The notes beneath the pieces were generated by a model. The model was not told where the DNA came from, did not search any database, and saw nothing but the letters and a program-made list of their open reading frames with translations. DNA of 64,000 bases from Bdellovibrionales bacterium. GTDB taxonomy: Bacteria; Bdellovibrionota; Bdellovibrionia; Bdellovibrionales; CAYMLA01. The translations under genes were made by a program, and so were the position numbers. The stretch lies in assembly GCA_965217115.1 (NCBI GenBank), contig OZ244239.1, forward strand, positions 1,952,001-2,016,000, in the 5' to 3' direction. Positions 51,700 through 61,683 of this stretch are shown here, piece after piece; the first letter of the stretch is position 1, and each line of letters opens with the position of its first letter.

Positions 51700-51923
51700 T
51701 ATACTGGCAAATAAAGAAGCCCGTTCGACTCAAAACAAAAACACCTATAAGATATTTAAGAGTATCAAAAACAAACACTTATGGGGGTTAAATAATGAGG
51801 AACGAGCTAAATACAATTATTATAGAAAAATACCAAGATGACTACAAAACTTGAAAAAACTGCTATAGGTTCTTTAAGTTTTATTGAGATTTTTTTTAAC
51901 CTACCTTTAAAGGTTTTATAAAT

Positions 51924-51955
51924 AAAAAAGATACTGCTAATTAAAACAGTATCTT
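51924..51955 (-). terminator. Terminator downstream of 52049-52504
   Basis: AAGATACTG/CAGTATCTT stem with an A run giving a minus-strand U-tail. Confidence 0.6.
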
Positions 51956-52048
51956 CATCTTTCCCTAGCCTTGATGAGCTAGTTAGTTATTTAAATCTAG
52001 TGACAGAGGTGTAAAACTCTCTTTTTCAGAAAAAGATAGCAACAATTA

Positions 52049-52504
52049 TTATATTTCATATTGCACAGTGCATGCGGCCCTAGAATAATCGAAATTACTA
52101 CCATGTCGACTTATCTCAACCTGCAGCAGGTTATTTTCTTTCTTTTTTATTGTTAAAATTCTTCTAGCATAATAATAAACCCCACCTGCCTGTAACACTG
52201 ACACGGTAAGTGTATCACCTACGATTGAACAAGATTCAGTCGTCTCCGTTGCAAGCTCATCTGTAAGCATAGGTACATAGTGTCGATCATCTAATTCAAC
52301 GCGAGTATGAGGAACGTCGAAACGTACTTTTACTCGACAGTTTTTATGTTTATAAACGCTTTCAAAAACAGTGTCTTCAGTTTCACTAATACTGAAATTT
52401 GTAAATTGAAGAAATTTATTTGCACAATTTTTTGTAGAACTTGTGGCTAATGCCGACGTACTAAATGCCAAAAAAAACACTAGCCTTGGTAATAAATTTT
52501 TCAT
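52049..52504 (-). CDS. Small secreted hypothetical protein
   Basis: ATG 52504 after GGAGAG; signal peptide ending STSALA; 4 Cys. Confidence 0.82.
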   Translation of the reverse strand: MKNLLPRLVFFLAFSTSALATSSTKNCANKFLQFTNFSISETEDTVFESVYKHKNCRVKVRFDVPHTRVELDDRHYVPMLTDELATETTESCSIVGDTLTVSVLQAGGVYYYARRILTIKKKENNLLQVEISRHGSNFDYSRAACTVQYEI

Positions 52505-52536
52505 TTTTCTCTCCAATCTGTATCGCTCATCTGAGC

Positions 52537-52696
52537 AATGGTTTTATCACAAGCTTTGCCCATGATTTCTTTAATTAAATAAACTTCTACCCATCCCTCG
52601 CAAATAGTCAATAAAGTTATTTGATTTGGAATTTTTTACAAATTTGCGAATCGAATTGACTCATAAATAATCACACCGAAAAGACCTGAGGACGAA
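52537..52696 (-). promoter_or_regulatory. Shared upstream module, copy 2
   Basis: Aligns with 51548-51699; carries a 5-bp CGAAT duplication. Confidence 0.7.
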
Positions 52697-52782
52697 AATG
52701 GGAGGTGACAAACGAATGTTTGAGCAAGAAAAGGGCTGGATTCTTTTGGGAGAGACTCTAGAAAAAAAACGGCATTAGACTC
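52697..52782 (+). repeat. Palindromic element copy D (part of core plus full right arm)
   Basis: AATGGGAGGTGACAAACGAATG...GGGAGAGACTCTAGAAAAAAAACGGCATTAGACTC. Confidence 0.9.
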
Positions 52783-52797
52783 GCAGAGCTTGCCAAA

Positions 52798-52874
52798 TGG
52801 TGACCGCGGCAGGAATCGAACCTGCGGCCTACAGTTTAGGAAACTGTCGCTCTATCCTACTGAGCTACGCGATC
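52798..52874 (-). tRNA. tRNA-Arg (CCT)
   Basis: Minus strand GATCGCG...ACAGT-TTCCTAA-ACTGT...GCAGG-TTCGATT-CCTGC-CGCGGTCACCA. Confidence 0.95.
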
Positions 52875-52917
52875 CTCTAAGAACGGAAACTCTAGCATGG
52901 GTTTTCTGTAAATGGAA

Positions 52918-54555
52918 TTACTTAGTTTGAAAGAGAGTTTTGTCTGAGGCCCATTTCTGATTAAGTTTTTTGAGTCCATCAAGCCAAGTCGTCGGAGAGT
53001 TGACGGTGTTTGTAAAAGATCGCTCGGTCATAAGAATAGCAGAACCTTCTTCGGAAGAGCCTTTAGAAATGTCATTGAGGATTGATTTTTTCCGAGTGAT
53101 GAGTTTGGAGAGAGTCTCTGACGAACATAAGAGTTTAACTTGAGAGGACAACTCCATAGAATTAAAAAAGTCACAGTATTCAATAACGGCATTAAGATTA
53201 AAATAAAACAGCTGAAATTGGTCTTGGGAATCTTGATAATGGATTTTTAAATGAGAATCACTCCAATCAAGGCCACTCTCAATGAAAAAGCGATGGGCGA
53301 ACTCATGATTGACTTCTCTCTTAGCGACTCTCTCTAAAAAGGGGGTTAATTTGGGGAACAAATCACTTTCAGATTTGCTAGCAACTGGATAAAATTTAAG
53401 GGAAAAGGTATCAACCCACCATTTCGTAAAAGACAAGTATCTATCATATGTTTTCTTGGTGTTGTTTATAGACCAATTTAAGTAACGTTGAGCTTGAGAT
53501 TTGAACAAGAAACGGTCGAGAGAAATCTTTAGCTTGAGTAACTCAGCGGGGCCAACACTACTAAATTGATCATTGTGGATATCCTCTAAGTTCTTCTTTT
53601 CGGCAAGAACCCATTCAAGGCTATTGATTGTTTCTAGAGTAATCTCTCCCAGAGGTTTAAGAAATTTCTTATCTGCTTCGGATGCTAAGACAGACCACTT
53701 TTCTGATGAAAAATTAATTTTTTTGGAAGTGGGAAAGAGGTAACTTTTAATAATTTGTTCACAGTTAGTGCAGTTCTTGGACAGATCTTGAAGTCGGCTA
53801 AGGAGGGTTTCCTGTAGTTTTGTAAGTTCAGAAACTCTTTTCATGGGATGAGTTGAATTGACCAGTTGTTGTCTGATTTCATAATAGGAACAAAGGGTAT
53901 TTGCGTAGGCATCCCGTTGAGATTTTTCTTTGAAATCGTAGCCGGGATTAGCCGCTGAGACATAGGTTTTCAAACCGGTAAGGACACCTGAAGTTAATGA
54001 TCCAAAAAGAGTAATGGGGGCACCGTAGGGGCCTGAAACCATGGCTGCCAGCCGTGTTATTTCGGTAATGATACTAGCGGCATTTGAAAGGGCTTGGGAC
54101 TTAGTTTTTTCTCTTTCAAAGCAACTTGAGTTTTTGATGGCCCCCATGAACTTAAAGAAAACTTGGGTGGCCGAATAAGCATATTTTTGGATAAAAGCAG
54201 TTTGTTGCGCTGTGAGAGCTTTGTTTTTATTCTTATCAAAGAGGTCAAAGAAATTGATCCTTTGATTTGAAGAGAGAAAACTGTGAACACCATTGAGTGT
54301 GGAGTTAACATTTGTCTGTTCCTTTTCCGTGCTGCAATTTCTGGCTTCGTTGCGGATTTTATCTCTGAGCTGATCAAACGTATTAATCAGTTGAGAAATT
54401 TGGGGATGAATAGAAGGGCATTGAATTTTGTGATAGCTGAGATCTTCTGCTGAAGAATCAACGGCAAAGAAGTGAGTAGATGAAGAGTAGGATTGACTTG
54501 AAAAGCCCAGGGAGATGAGAACGGTTGTAAATAAGGTAGACATTGTATTTTTCAT
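52918..54555 (-). CDS. Secreted hypothetical protein (545 aa)
   Basis: Signal peptide; mostly helical with several Cys and an internal hydrophobic Gly/Ala segment. Confidence 0.8.
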   Translation of the reverse strand: MKNTMSTLFTTVLISLGFSSQSYSSSTHFFAVDSSAEDLSYHKIQCPSIHPQISQLINTFDQLRDKIRNEARNCSTEKEQTNVNSTLNGVHSFLSSNQRINFFDLFDKNKNKALTAQQTAFIQKYAYSATQVFFKFMGAIKNSSCFEREKTKSQALSNAASIITEITRLAAMVSGPYGAPITLFGSLTSGVLTGLKTYVSAANPGYDFKEKSQRDAYANTLCSYYEIRQQLVNSTHPMKRVSELTKLQETLLSRLQDLSKNCTNCEQIIKSYLFPTSKKINFSSEKWSVLASEADKKFLKPLGEITLETINSLEWVLAEKKNLEDIHNDQFSSVGPAELLKLKISLDRFLFKSQAQRYLNWSINNTKKTYDRYLSFTKWWVDTFSLKFYPVASKSESDLFPKLTPFLERVAKREVNHEFAHRFFIESGLDWSDSHLKIHYQDSQDQFQLFYFNLNAVIEYCDFFNSMELSSQVKLLCSSETLSKLITRKKSILNDISKGSSEEGSAILMTERSFTNTVNSPTTWLDGLKKLNQKWASDKTLFQTK

Positions 54556-54706
54556 GATTTGGACTCTAGCATAAAATAAAAAAAAAGCGAAATTCAGTTG
54601 AGAAAACAGAGCATTTCTGTACTATTTACATGGTTTGAGTGGACATGTGTGATATTAATGGGAAGAGATTTGTGAAAATAACCGATTGCGGTGATGGAGC
54701 CTTGAA

Positions 54707-55201
54707 ATGATGGAAAAAAAGTTAGGTCTTGTGATATTGGTTTTTTGGCTTGTGGGTTGCTCGTCACCGACAAAAATAAAGCCAGTGTCTGGAGAGCAGA
54801 TTTTTGTAGCTCCTTTTGATAAAGTTTGGCGGGCGACACAAATAGCATTGGTTAAGTATCCCATTCGCACAAATAATATTGATCAGGGTATTTTAGAGAC
54901 AGATAATATTCATAGCTACGATGGATGGAAGCCACCCCATAAGAGTGCTAAAAAATCCGGAGGTCTTTATTACAAGTTGCTCATTAAGGTGATCAAAGGT
55001 CGTTATCGTGAAAGAGAAGTGACGAAAGTGATTGTTAGCAAAAAAATTAATCTAAAGCGCTCCTTTTTCTCTGAAAACCAAGAACGCCAGAGTGATGGTT
55101 TAGAAGAAAAGGTAATTCTTTATCGTATTAAGCGAGAATTGAAAATAGAGAGAGCCTTTGAAAGATCAGATAAAAAGACAAAAGAATCAGAGAACTCTTA
55201 A
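54707..55201 (+). CDS. Outer-membrane lipoprotein (BamC/NlpB-like fold possible)
   Basis: Lipobox LVGC; APFDKVWRATQIAL...DQGILETD. Confidence 0.7.
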   Translation: MMEKKLGLVILVFWLVGCSSPTKIKPVSGEQIFVAPFDKVWRATQIALVKYPIRTNNIDQGILETDNIHSYDGWKPPHKSAKKSGGLYYKLLIKVIKGRYREREVTKVIVSKKINLKRSFFSENQERQSDGLEEKVILYRIKRELKIERAFERSDKKTKESENS

Positions 55202-55227
55202 AAGCCCGTTTGAGTGGCTATGGAAAC

Positions 55228-56043
55228 TTAGCTGGGGTTTTCCGTGGAAGAGTCCATTTCAACGGAGTAACCATTGTGCTTGCGGACATTGAAAACGCCT
55301 GTGTCTAGCAAGAGATATTGACCTTTGATTCCCTGCAAAGTCCCCAAAATGGTAGGAGTCTTCTCTAGAGAGAGGGAGAGAATCTTCTGGGGATAAACTT
55401 CCACTGGATATTCAAGAAAAATGGGATCATCCTCAAGAAACTCTACGTCATCAAAGGCTTCGAGCTCTTGTTCAATACTGTCAACAATCCCGTTGCGAGC
55501 TGTCTCTAGATCGATGTCCTCAATATCGTTTGTGAGCATCTTGCGCCAATTGGTTTTGTCAGAGACGTAGTCCTTCATAAGAACTTCAATAAGACCAGAT
55601 TGAAGTCTGTCCTTAACTCTAAAGACAGGAATGGCTGAAATAGCCCCCTGATCTATCCACCGTGTTGGAATTTGTGATTCCCTGGTGATGCCCACCTTTA
55701 AGCCTGATGAATTGGACAAATAGACATAATGGGGTTTCATGCAATGGGATTGGGCCCAGTTTTCGTCTCGGCAGGTTCCTTTAGAAAAGTGGCAAGTTTC
55801 AGGTTTAAGAATACACATATCGGCTTCAGCGAGTTTTTGACTGCACGGATAACAATAGCCTCCTGAAAAGCTTTTCTTAGTGATCTTTTGACAATGAACG
55901 CAGTGAATCTGTCCTGAGTATTGGATTCTGATTTCTCTCCCAATGAGGGCGTTCATGTCTACCTTGTCACCGCCCAAATTTAGAGTGTAGGAAATAGGGG
56001 AGTTGAGAGCTGTGGACATTTTGTATAGATTCCCTGTTTTCAT
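55228..56043 (-). CDS. DUF2797-family protein
   Basis: CVHC, YCYPC, HYVYLSNSSGLKVGITR...RWIDQGA and LQGIKGQYL motifs. Confidence 0.88.
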   Translation of the reverse strand: MKTGNLYKMSTALNSPISYTLNLGGDKVDMNALIGREIRIQYSGQIHCVHCQKITKKSFSGGYCYPCSQKLAEADMCILKPETCHFSKGTCRDENWAQSHCMKPHYVYLSNSSGLKVGITRESQIPTRWIDQGAISAIPVFRVKDRLQSGLIEVLMKDYVSDKTNWRKMLTNDIEDIDLETARNGIVDSIEQELEAFDDVEFLEDDPIFLEYPVEVYPQKILSLSLEKTPTILGTLQGIKGQYLLLDTGVFNVRKHNGYSVEMDSSTENPS

Positions 56044-56214
56044 AGAGTGATGATAGCAAATTTACGCAATGAGTTGAAGGGGTATTTTTATATATAATCT
56101 CCATTTACTTGCTAATCGTAGAATATATCTAGTAAAAGGGAGGGAAATAAGAGAAAAAAAAGAATGGAGAGAGAAACTATTTCTTTAAGAACATCTTTAA
56201 CAGTGGGGATCAAA

Positions 56215-57270
56215 ATGAGAATCATTAATTCACTCAGTATGATAGTATTAACGGCATTGATTGGTGCAACAGCCTTGGCTGATCGTGTGATTCAATGGAG
56301 TGGCGATTTACGTTATCGTCAGGAAGTCATTGAGTCTGATACTGTAGGTAGAAGTCGTTCCCGTATTCGGGCGCGGATTAAAGCCGAAGCTGAAGTGAAT
56401 GAGAAGGTTGATGTGACCCTACGCTTGGCAACAGGTGGTCATGGCGTGACTTCAACGAATCAGACACTCGGTAATTATGGCAGCAATAAGCCGATCGATT
56501 TAGATATGGCTTATTTTGAATGGAGACCGGTAGGGAGTCTAAAAATTTGGGCTGGAAAAATGAAAAACCCCCTTTACCAGGGAAATAGTGATCTGATTTT
56601 TGATACTGACTGGACTCCAGGTGGTTATGCTTTTAATTATGAGACGGGCAGGGATGATGGGTTTGCTATGTTCATTAATTTTTCCGAAATTTCTATTGAT
56701 GAGAGAGCAAACACTAAAAGGGATGCTTCTTTAGATGGGTCACAGATTGGGTTTAGAATTCCTTTCCTTGGCACTGAGTTAACTCTAGGGTATGGGGCTT
56801 TGAGGTTTGACAATATAAAAGGTTATGATGGGGCTTTTATCAATAGAGGAAACAGTCTTGTCTTAGACAAATATGTCAATGAGTACAATCTCCAGCAAAT
56901 ATTCTTAGCCTATGATTTTAAAATCAAAGATATTGGTGTGCAGATTTTTGTTGAAGATGTGAATAACACCGAGGTTGTTGAGCAAAGCAAGGGGTTTCTC
57001 TACGGCTTTAAAGTAGGTAACGCCGAGAAAAAGGGAACATGGGATCTAAAAATAACTTATAGAGAGCTTGAAAAGGACGCTGTTTTGGGTGGCATCACTG
57101 ACGGGGATACTTTTGGAGGAACTGATGGCAAGGGTGTTGTTCTTGGTTTTAATTATGCCTGTGGTGATAATTCCTCTTTAGGATTGAGTTTCTATGATGT
57201 AAAACGCTCTGTTTCTATGGTAGAAATAGATTATAAAAAACTTCATTTGAATTACGTAATGAAATTTTAA
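56215..57270 (+). CDS. Putative porin, first gene of the pst operon
   Basis: WSGDLRYRQE, RSRIRARI and RLATG motifs; C-terminal Phe; ATG 56215 gives a clean signal peptide. Confidence 0.85.
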   Translation: MRIINSLSMIVLTALIGATALADRVIQWSGDLRYRQEVIESDTVGRSRSRIRARIKAEAEVNEKVDVTLRLATGGHGVTSTNQTLGNYGSNKPIDLDMAYFEWRPVGSLKIWAGKMKNPLYQGNSDLIFDTDWTPGGYAFNYETGRDDGFAMFINFSEISIDERANTKRDASLDGSQIGFRIPFLGTELTLGYGALRFDNIKGYDGAFINRGNSLVLDKYVNEYNLQQIFLAYDFKIKDIGVQIFVEDVNNTEVVEQSKGFLYGFKVGNAEKKGTWDLKITYRELEKDAVLGGITDGDTFGGTDGKGVVLGFNYACGDNSSLGLSFYDVKRSVSMVEIDYKKLHLNYVMKF

Positions 57271-57331
57271 TTTTTTTGTCATTTTTGGGCTACTTTGTTA
57301 TGCCATGAGTGTTTAAACAGGAAATGGTAAA

Positions 57332-58252
57332 ATGTTTAGAAGTATCATAGTGGTTTTAGCTGCTTTAGTAGCAGCTGTTCCGGGGCAAGGCGCTTCTAGA
57401 TTAAGAGGCAAGGTGCGAATCGATGGATCGAGTACAGTTTTTCCCATCACCGAAGCTGTGGCTGAAGAATTTAACAAAGAGTTTCCTCGGGTAAGGGTTC
57501 AGATAGGTATTTCTGGAACAGGCGGGGGCTTTAAGAAGTTTTTTAGAAAAGAATCTGATATTAATAATGCTTCGAGAGAAATTCAAGGTAAAGAACTGGA
57601 ACTAGCAAAGGAAAAAGGGGCTGATTATTTAGAATTAGCTGTGGCCTATGATGGAATATCTGTGGTGATTAATCGGGAAAACACCTGGGCACGCACGATG
57701 ACGACAGGACAATTAAAAAAGATATGGCAGGCGGGGAGCAAGGTAAAAAAATGGTCAGATATAGATTCGAAATGGCCCCAGACGCCCCTTCGTCTTTATG
57801 GCCCAGGCACTGACTCTGGTACATTTGATTACTTTACAAAAGTGATCAATGGCAAATCCCATTCGAGTCGTGCGGATTACACAAAGAGTGAAGATGACAA
57901 TGTTTTAGTAAAAGGCGTCACAGGGGATAAAAACGCCTTGGCTTATTTTGGTTATGCCTATTATCGTGAGAATATAAAAAAGCTAAATGCTGTGGCACTG
58001 AGTTATAAAGGGGGCAAAGGAGTCCTGCCCTCAGTGGAGACGATTAATAACAATTCCTATAAACCCTTGTCGCGACCGATTTTCATCTATGTCAGTAAGT
58101 CTTCATTGAAAAACCCTGGAGTGAAGGAATTTATCATTTATTATTTGAAAACAGCAGGACAACTTGTGAATCAAGTGGGATATGTGGCTCTTCCTGAGAA
58201 AAAATATAAGAGGTTATTAAAAAGATTTAAGAAATGGGCTTCTGCTGAATAA
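57332..58252 (+). CDS. pstS: Phosphate-binding protein
   Basis: IDGSSTVFPI, SGTGGGFKKF and DSGTFDYF motifs. Confidence 0.95.
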   Translation: MFRSIIVVLAALVAAVPGQGASRLRGKVRIDGSSTVFPITEAVAEEFNKEFPRVRVQIGISGTGGGFKKFFRKESDINNASREIQGKELELAKEKGADYLELAVAYDGISVVINRENTWARTMTTGQLKKIWQAGSKVKKWSDIDSKWPQTPLRLYGPGTDSGTFDYFTKVINGKSHSSRADYTKSEDDNVLVKGVTGDKNALAYFGYAYYRENIKKLNAVALSYKGGKGVLPSVETINNNSYKPLSRPIFIYVSKSSLKNPGVKEFIIYYLKTAGQLVNQVGYVALPEKKYKRLLKRFKKWASAE

Positions 58253-58264
58253 AAAGGGCGAGGT

Positions 58265-59137
58265 TTGAATCAGACTGTTGATAAAATTTTAAAAGCATTA
58301 TTACTCATCTGTACTACGGTGACAGTTTTCACGACCATCGCTGTTTTGGTGATGCTGGGTCAGGAGTCTTTTTCTTTTTTTTCTGAAGTTTCGATTTTTG
58401 ATTTCTTGTTTGGAACTCGTTGGACGCCGCTGTTAGATCCAAATTCCTTTGGTGTTCTGCCGTTGGTTTCAGGAACGATGCTGATCGTGATCGGCGGTGT
58501 GGGTTTAGCTCTTCCAGCTGGTATATTGGCGGCTATTTATCTCAGTGAATTTGCCCACGAAAAAACAAGGGCTATTGTTAAGCCAACCTTAGAGATACTG
58601 GCAGGTGTACCGACAGTGGTTTATGGGTACTTTGCACTGACTTTTGTGACTCCTGTTTTGAAGCAATTTTTTCCAGATATTCAGGTCTTTAATGCTGCAT
58701 CGGGTGCCATTGTTGTGTCTATTATGATTTTACCGATGGTGTCTTCTCTTTGTGATGATGCCTTCCGTGCTGTTCCGATGCATATGCGAGAGGCGGGATA
58801 TGGATTAGGGGCAAGCCCTTTTGAGGTCGTGACGGGAGTGTTAATACCAGCCTCTGTTACTCGTATAGGGGCAGCTGTTATTTTAGCAGTTTCCCGCGCT
58901 GTGGGAGAGACGATGGCAGTCACCTTGGCGGCAGGGGCGACGCCCAATATGACAATAAGTCCTCTGGAGAGCATTCAAACGATGACAGCCTATATTGTGC
59001 AAGTGAGTTTGGGTGATACGCCAGCAGGTGGAGTGGAGTACTTAACTTGTTTTGCCGTTGGAGCACTCTTGTTTGTGGGTACAATGTCGATGAATATGTT
59101 AGGTAGTTATTTGATGTCTCGCGTGGAGAGTCGATGA
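58265..59137 (+). CDS. pstC: Phosphate ABC permease
   Basis: EILAGVPTVVYG and SRAVGETMAV motifs. Confidence 0.95.
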   Translation: MNQTVDKILKALLLICTTVTVFTTIAVLVMLGQESFSFFSEVSIFDFLFGTRWTPLLDPNSFGVLPLVSGTMLIVIGGVGLALPAGILAAIYLSEFAHEKTRAIVKPTLEILAGVPTVVYGYFALTFVTPVLKQFFPDIQVFNAASGAIVVSIMILPMVSSLCDDAFRAVPMHMREAGYGLGASPFEVVTGVLIPASVTRIGAAVILAVSRAVGETMAVTLAAGATPNMTISPLESIQTMTAYIVQVSLGDTPAGGVEYLTCFAVGALLFVGTMSMNMLGSYLMSRVESR

Positions 59138-60021
59138 AAAACCTAGAAATCAATTATCAGAGTTCTCACTTCCATAAAATGCGACGATGGAAAAACCGTT
59201 TTTTCCAATGGGTATGTGCTTGTGTGACTTGGATGGCCGTGGCTGTTTTGTTGATCTTGATTTATCACATATTGATTCAAGGTTTAAGCTGGTTGGATGT
59301 GGATTTTTTATTGAATTTTCAATCCCGTTATCCAGAAAAAGCAGGGATAAAGGCAGCTATTGTTGGTTCTATTTGGTTAATCACAATGACGGCTTGTCTG
59401 TCTGTGCCGATTGGCGTGGGAACGGCATTGTTTCTAGAGGAATACACTCTCCGCAAAAAAAGGTGGGTAAAGATTATTCAGATCAACATTAATAATCTCG
59501 CGGGCATGCCTTCAATTGTGTATGGATTATTAGGGTTAGCTTTGTTTGTTAGATTTTTTGGGTTAGGCAGAAGCCTTTGGGCAGCGAGTATGACCTTGGG
59601 ACTTCTGGTGTTACCCATGATTATTATTACTTCTCAGGAGGCGATTCGCGCTGTACCGGCAACTATTCGTGAGGCGGGATATGGATTGGGGGCACATCGT
59701 TGGCAGGTTTTATTGCAATTAGTCTTGCCTGCTGCACTGCCGGGTATTTTAACGGGTATTATTTTATCTGTTTCTAGAGTTATGGGAGAGACAGCTCCGC
59801 TGATTATGGTAGGAGCCTTGAGTTATGTGGCATTTTTGCCAGAAGGCCCTTCAGATTCATTCACCGTTCTACCCATGCAAATTTTTAATTGGGCCTCTCG
59901 ACCTCAGGAGGAGTTCCATTATTTGGCAGCAGCAGCTATTATTGTGTTATTAGTGATATTGTTTTTAATGAGTTTAGGGGCAATTATGATTCGTCAAAAA
60001 TTTCAAAAGTACAAATTATAA
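59134..60021 (+). CDS. pstA: Phosphate ABC permease
   Basis: NLAGMPSIVYGLLG and SRVMGETAPL motifs. Confidence 0.95.
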   Translation: MKNLEINYQSSHFHKMRRWKNRFFQWVCACVTWMAVAVLLILIYHILIQGLSWLDVDFLLNFQSRYPEKAGIKAAIVGSIWLITMTACLSVPIGVGTALFLEEYTLRKKRWVKIIQININNLAGMPSIVYGLLGLALFVRFFGLGRSLWAASMTLGLLVLPMIIITSQEAIRAVPATIREAGYGLGAHRWQVLLQLVLPAALPGILTGIILSVSRVMGETAPLIMVGALSYVAFLPEGPSDSFTVLPMQIFNWASRPQEEFHYLAAAAIIVLLVILFLMSLGAIMIRQKFQKYKL

Positions 60022-60061
60022 TGAAAATGGTGGTGAATGTGTGTAATGAGTATAAAGATGG

Positions 60062-60841
60062 ATGAGCGTGGAAATGATGACTAAGACTCTTAATGAGTAT
60101 GCTCTTTCGATGGAGAGTTTTTCTGTTTATTATGGAGAAAAGCAAGCTGTCAGGAGTGTTGACCTTAATATCAATCAAAGCAAGGTGACAGCAATTATTG
60201 GTCCCTCTGGTTGTGGTAAAAGCACGTTATTGCGTTGTTTTAACCGCATGAATGATTTTGTACCAAGCTTACGCACTGAGGGGAAGGCAGCTCTTTTTGG
60301 CAGAGACCTGTACAAGGATAATGTAGATCCAGTAGATTTGAGACGTCGTGTGGGAATGGTCTTCCAGAAACCAAATCCTTTTCCAAAGTCGATTTATAAA
60401 AATATTATTTGGGGTCCTAAGGTCAATGGCTATAAATGTGACTACGATGAGCTTGTTGAAAACTCACTTAAGAGAGCAGCTTTATGGGACGAGGTGAAGG
60501 ATCGTTTGCAGGACTCTGCACTGGCGTTATCTGGTGGTCAGCAACAGAGACTCTGTATTGCAAGAACGATTGCCATGAATCCAGAAGTTATTTTAATGGA
60601 TGAGCCGTGTTCGGCTTTAGACCCAAAGGCAACAGCGAGGATTGAGTCTTTAATAAGTGAATTGAGTGATAAGTATACGATTGTGATTGTAACTCATAAT
60701 ATGCAACAGGCGGCACGTGTTTCTGACGAGACATTGTTTTTTTACGAAGGCCAGCTTATTGAGTATGGAAGAACAGAGGATATTTTTACTGTTCCTAAAA
60801 ATAAAAAAACAGAAGATTATATTTCTGGAAGGTTTGGGTGA
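60062..60841 (+). CDS. pstB: Phosphate ABC ATPase
   Basis: [32 protein letters not shown] and YISGRFG motifs. Confidence 0.97.
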   Translation: MSVEMMTKTLNEYALSMESFSVYYGEKQAVRSVDLNINQSKVTAIIGPSGCGKSTLLRCFNRMNDFVPSLRTEGKAALFGRDLYKDNVDPVDLRRRVGMVFQKPNPFPKSIYKNIIWGPKVNGYKCDYDELVENSLKRAALWDEVKDRLQDSALALSGGQQQRLCIARTIAMNPEVILMDEPCSALDPKATARIESLISELSDKYTIVIVTHNMQQAARVSDETLFFYEGQLIEYGRTEDIFTVPKNKKTEDYISGRFG

Positions 60842-60844
60842 TGT

Positions 60845-61546
60845 ATGTCAGTGCATTTAAGCAATGAAATTCGTGAATTAAAAAAAGCTCTTTTATCTCT
60901 TTGTACTCTCGTTGAATATTCAGTTAGAGAATCTATCAATGCGGTGAAAAACAATGATATAAAAAAAGCTCAAGCTGTGATCGAGAATGACCATAATATT
61001 GACATAAAAGAGGTGGAGTTTGAGGAAAATTGTTTAAAATTATTGGCTCTCTATCAGCCAGTGGCCTATGACTTACGTTTCTTAGTCGCAGCATTGAAAA
61101 TTAATAATGATTTAGAGAGAATTGGCGATTTGGCTGTCAATATTGCCAAACGCTATAAATCACTATCGAAATTATTCCATGAAAGTGGCAAGGTCCCATT
61201 TGATTTTGAACCGATGTCAAATAAGACCATTGAGATGCTCAAAATGGCAATTGATGCTCTGGTGTCAGAGGACACGAAAATGGCCCAGCAAGTGTGTGTG
61301 GATGATGAGCAAGTTGATGAAATGAACCGTCAAATGCATCAATTGGCCTATGAAAAAATTAAGAAATACCCAGAAGACACAAAGGCCTTAATCAGCGGCC
61401 TATCAATCTCTAAGCATCTAGAGAGAATAGCCGATTATGCGACAAATATATCAGAGGATATTATATACATGATTAATGGAACAATTATACGGCATATGCC
61501 AGAAGATCAGCTACTTATAGGGAAAAATGATTTTGATTCTGAGTAG
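60845..61546 (+). CDS. phoU: Phosphate regulator PhoU
   Basis: DLERIGDLAVNIA and LERIADYATNISE repeats. Confidence 0.96.
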   Translation: MSVHLSNEIRELKKALLSLCTLVEYSVRESINAVKNNDIKKAQAVIENDHNIDIKEVEFEENCLKLLALYQPVAYDLRFLVAALKINNDLERIGDLAVNIAKRYKSLSKLFHESGKVPFDFEPMSNKTIEMLKMAIDALVSEDTKMAQQVCVDDEQVDEMNRQMHQLAYEKIKKYPEDTKALISGLSISKHLERIADYATNISEDIIYMINGTIIRHMPEDQLLIGKNDFDSE

Positions 61547-61683
61547 GTAATAGCCAGAAGAGATGATATAGAGAGGCCTCTGAAGCGGGTTTTTAGTAAT
61601 GCTGCGCGCCAATCGTCAAGAAAACATGGACTTTAGTCCTAAGATTTTTGAGTATTGGAGGACTTCAAATGGAGTAAACATCT

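Noticed and set aside
51795..51854. Short ORF MRNELNTIIIEKYQDDYKT after a GGGGG run in the island
   Set aside because: Only 19 aa with no recognisable features; may be a gene remnant but cannot be supported.
56182..57306. Pho-box-like repeats before the porin (TCTTTAA x2) and before pstS (TGTCAT/TGTTAT)
   Set aside because: Spacings are 12 and 19 bp rather than the 11-bp period of PhoB boxes.
745..61325. Numerous 60-135 aa ORFs antisense to or nested within identified genes
   Set aside because: They overlap confident CDSs and have no motifs; treated as spurious.
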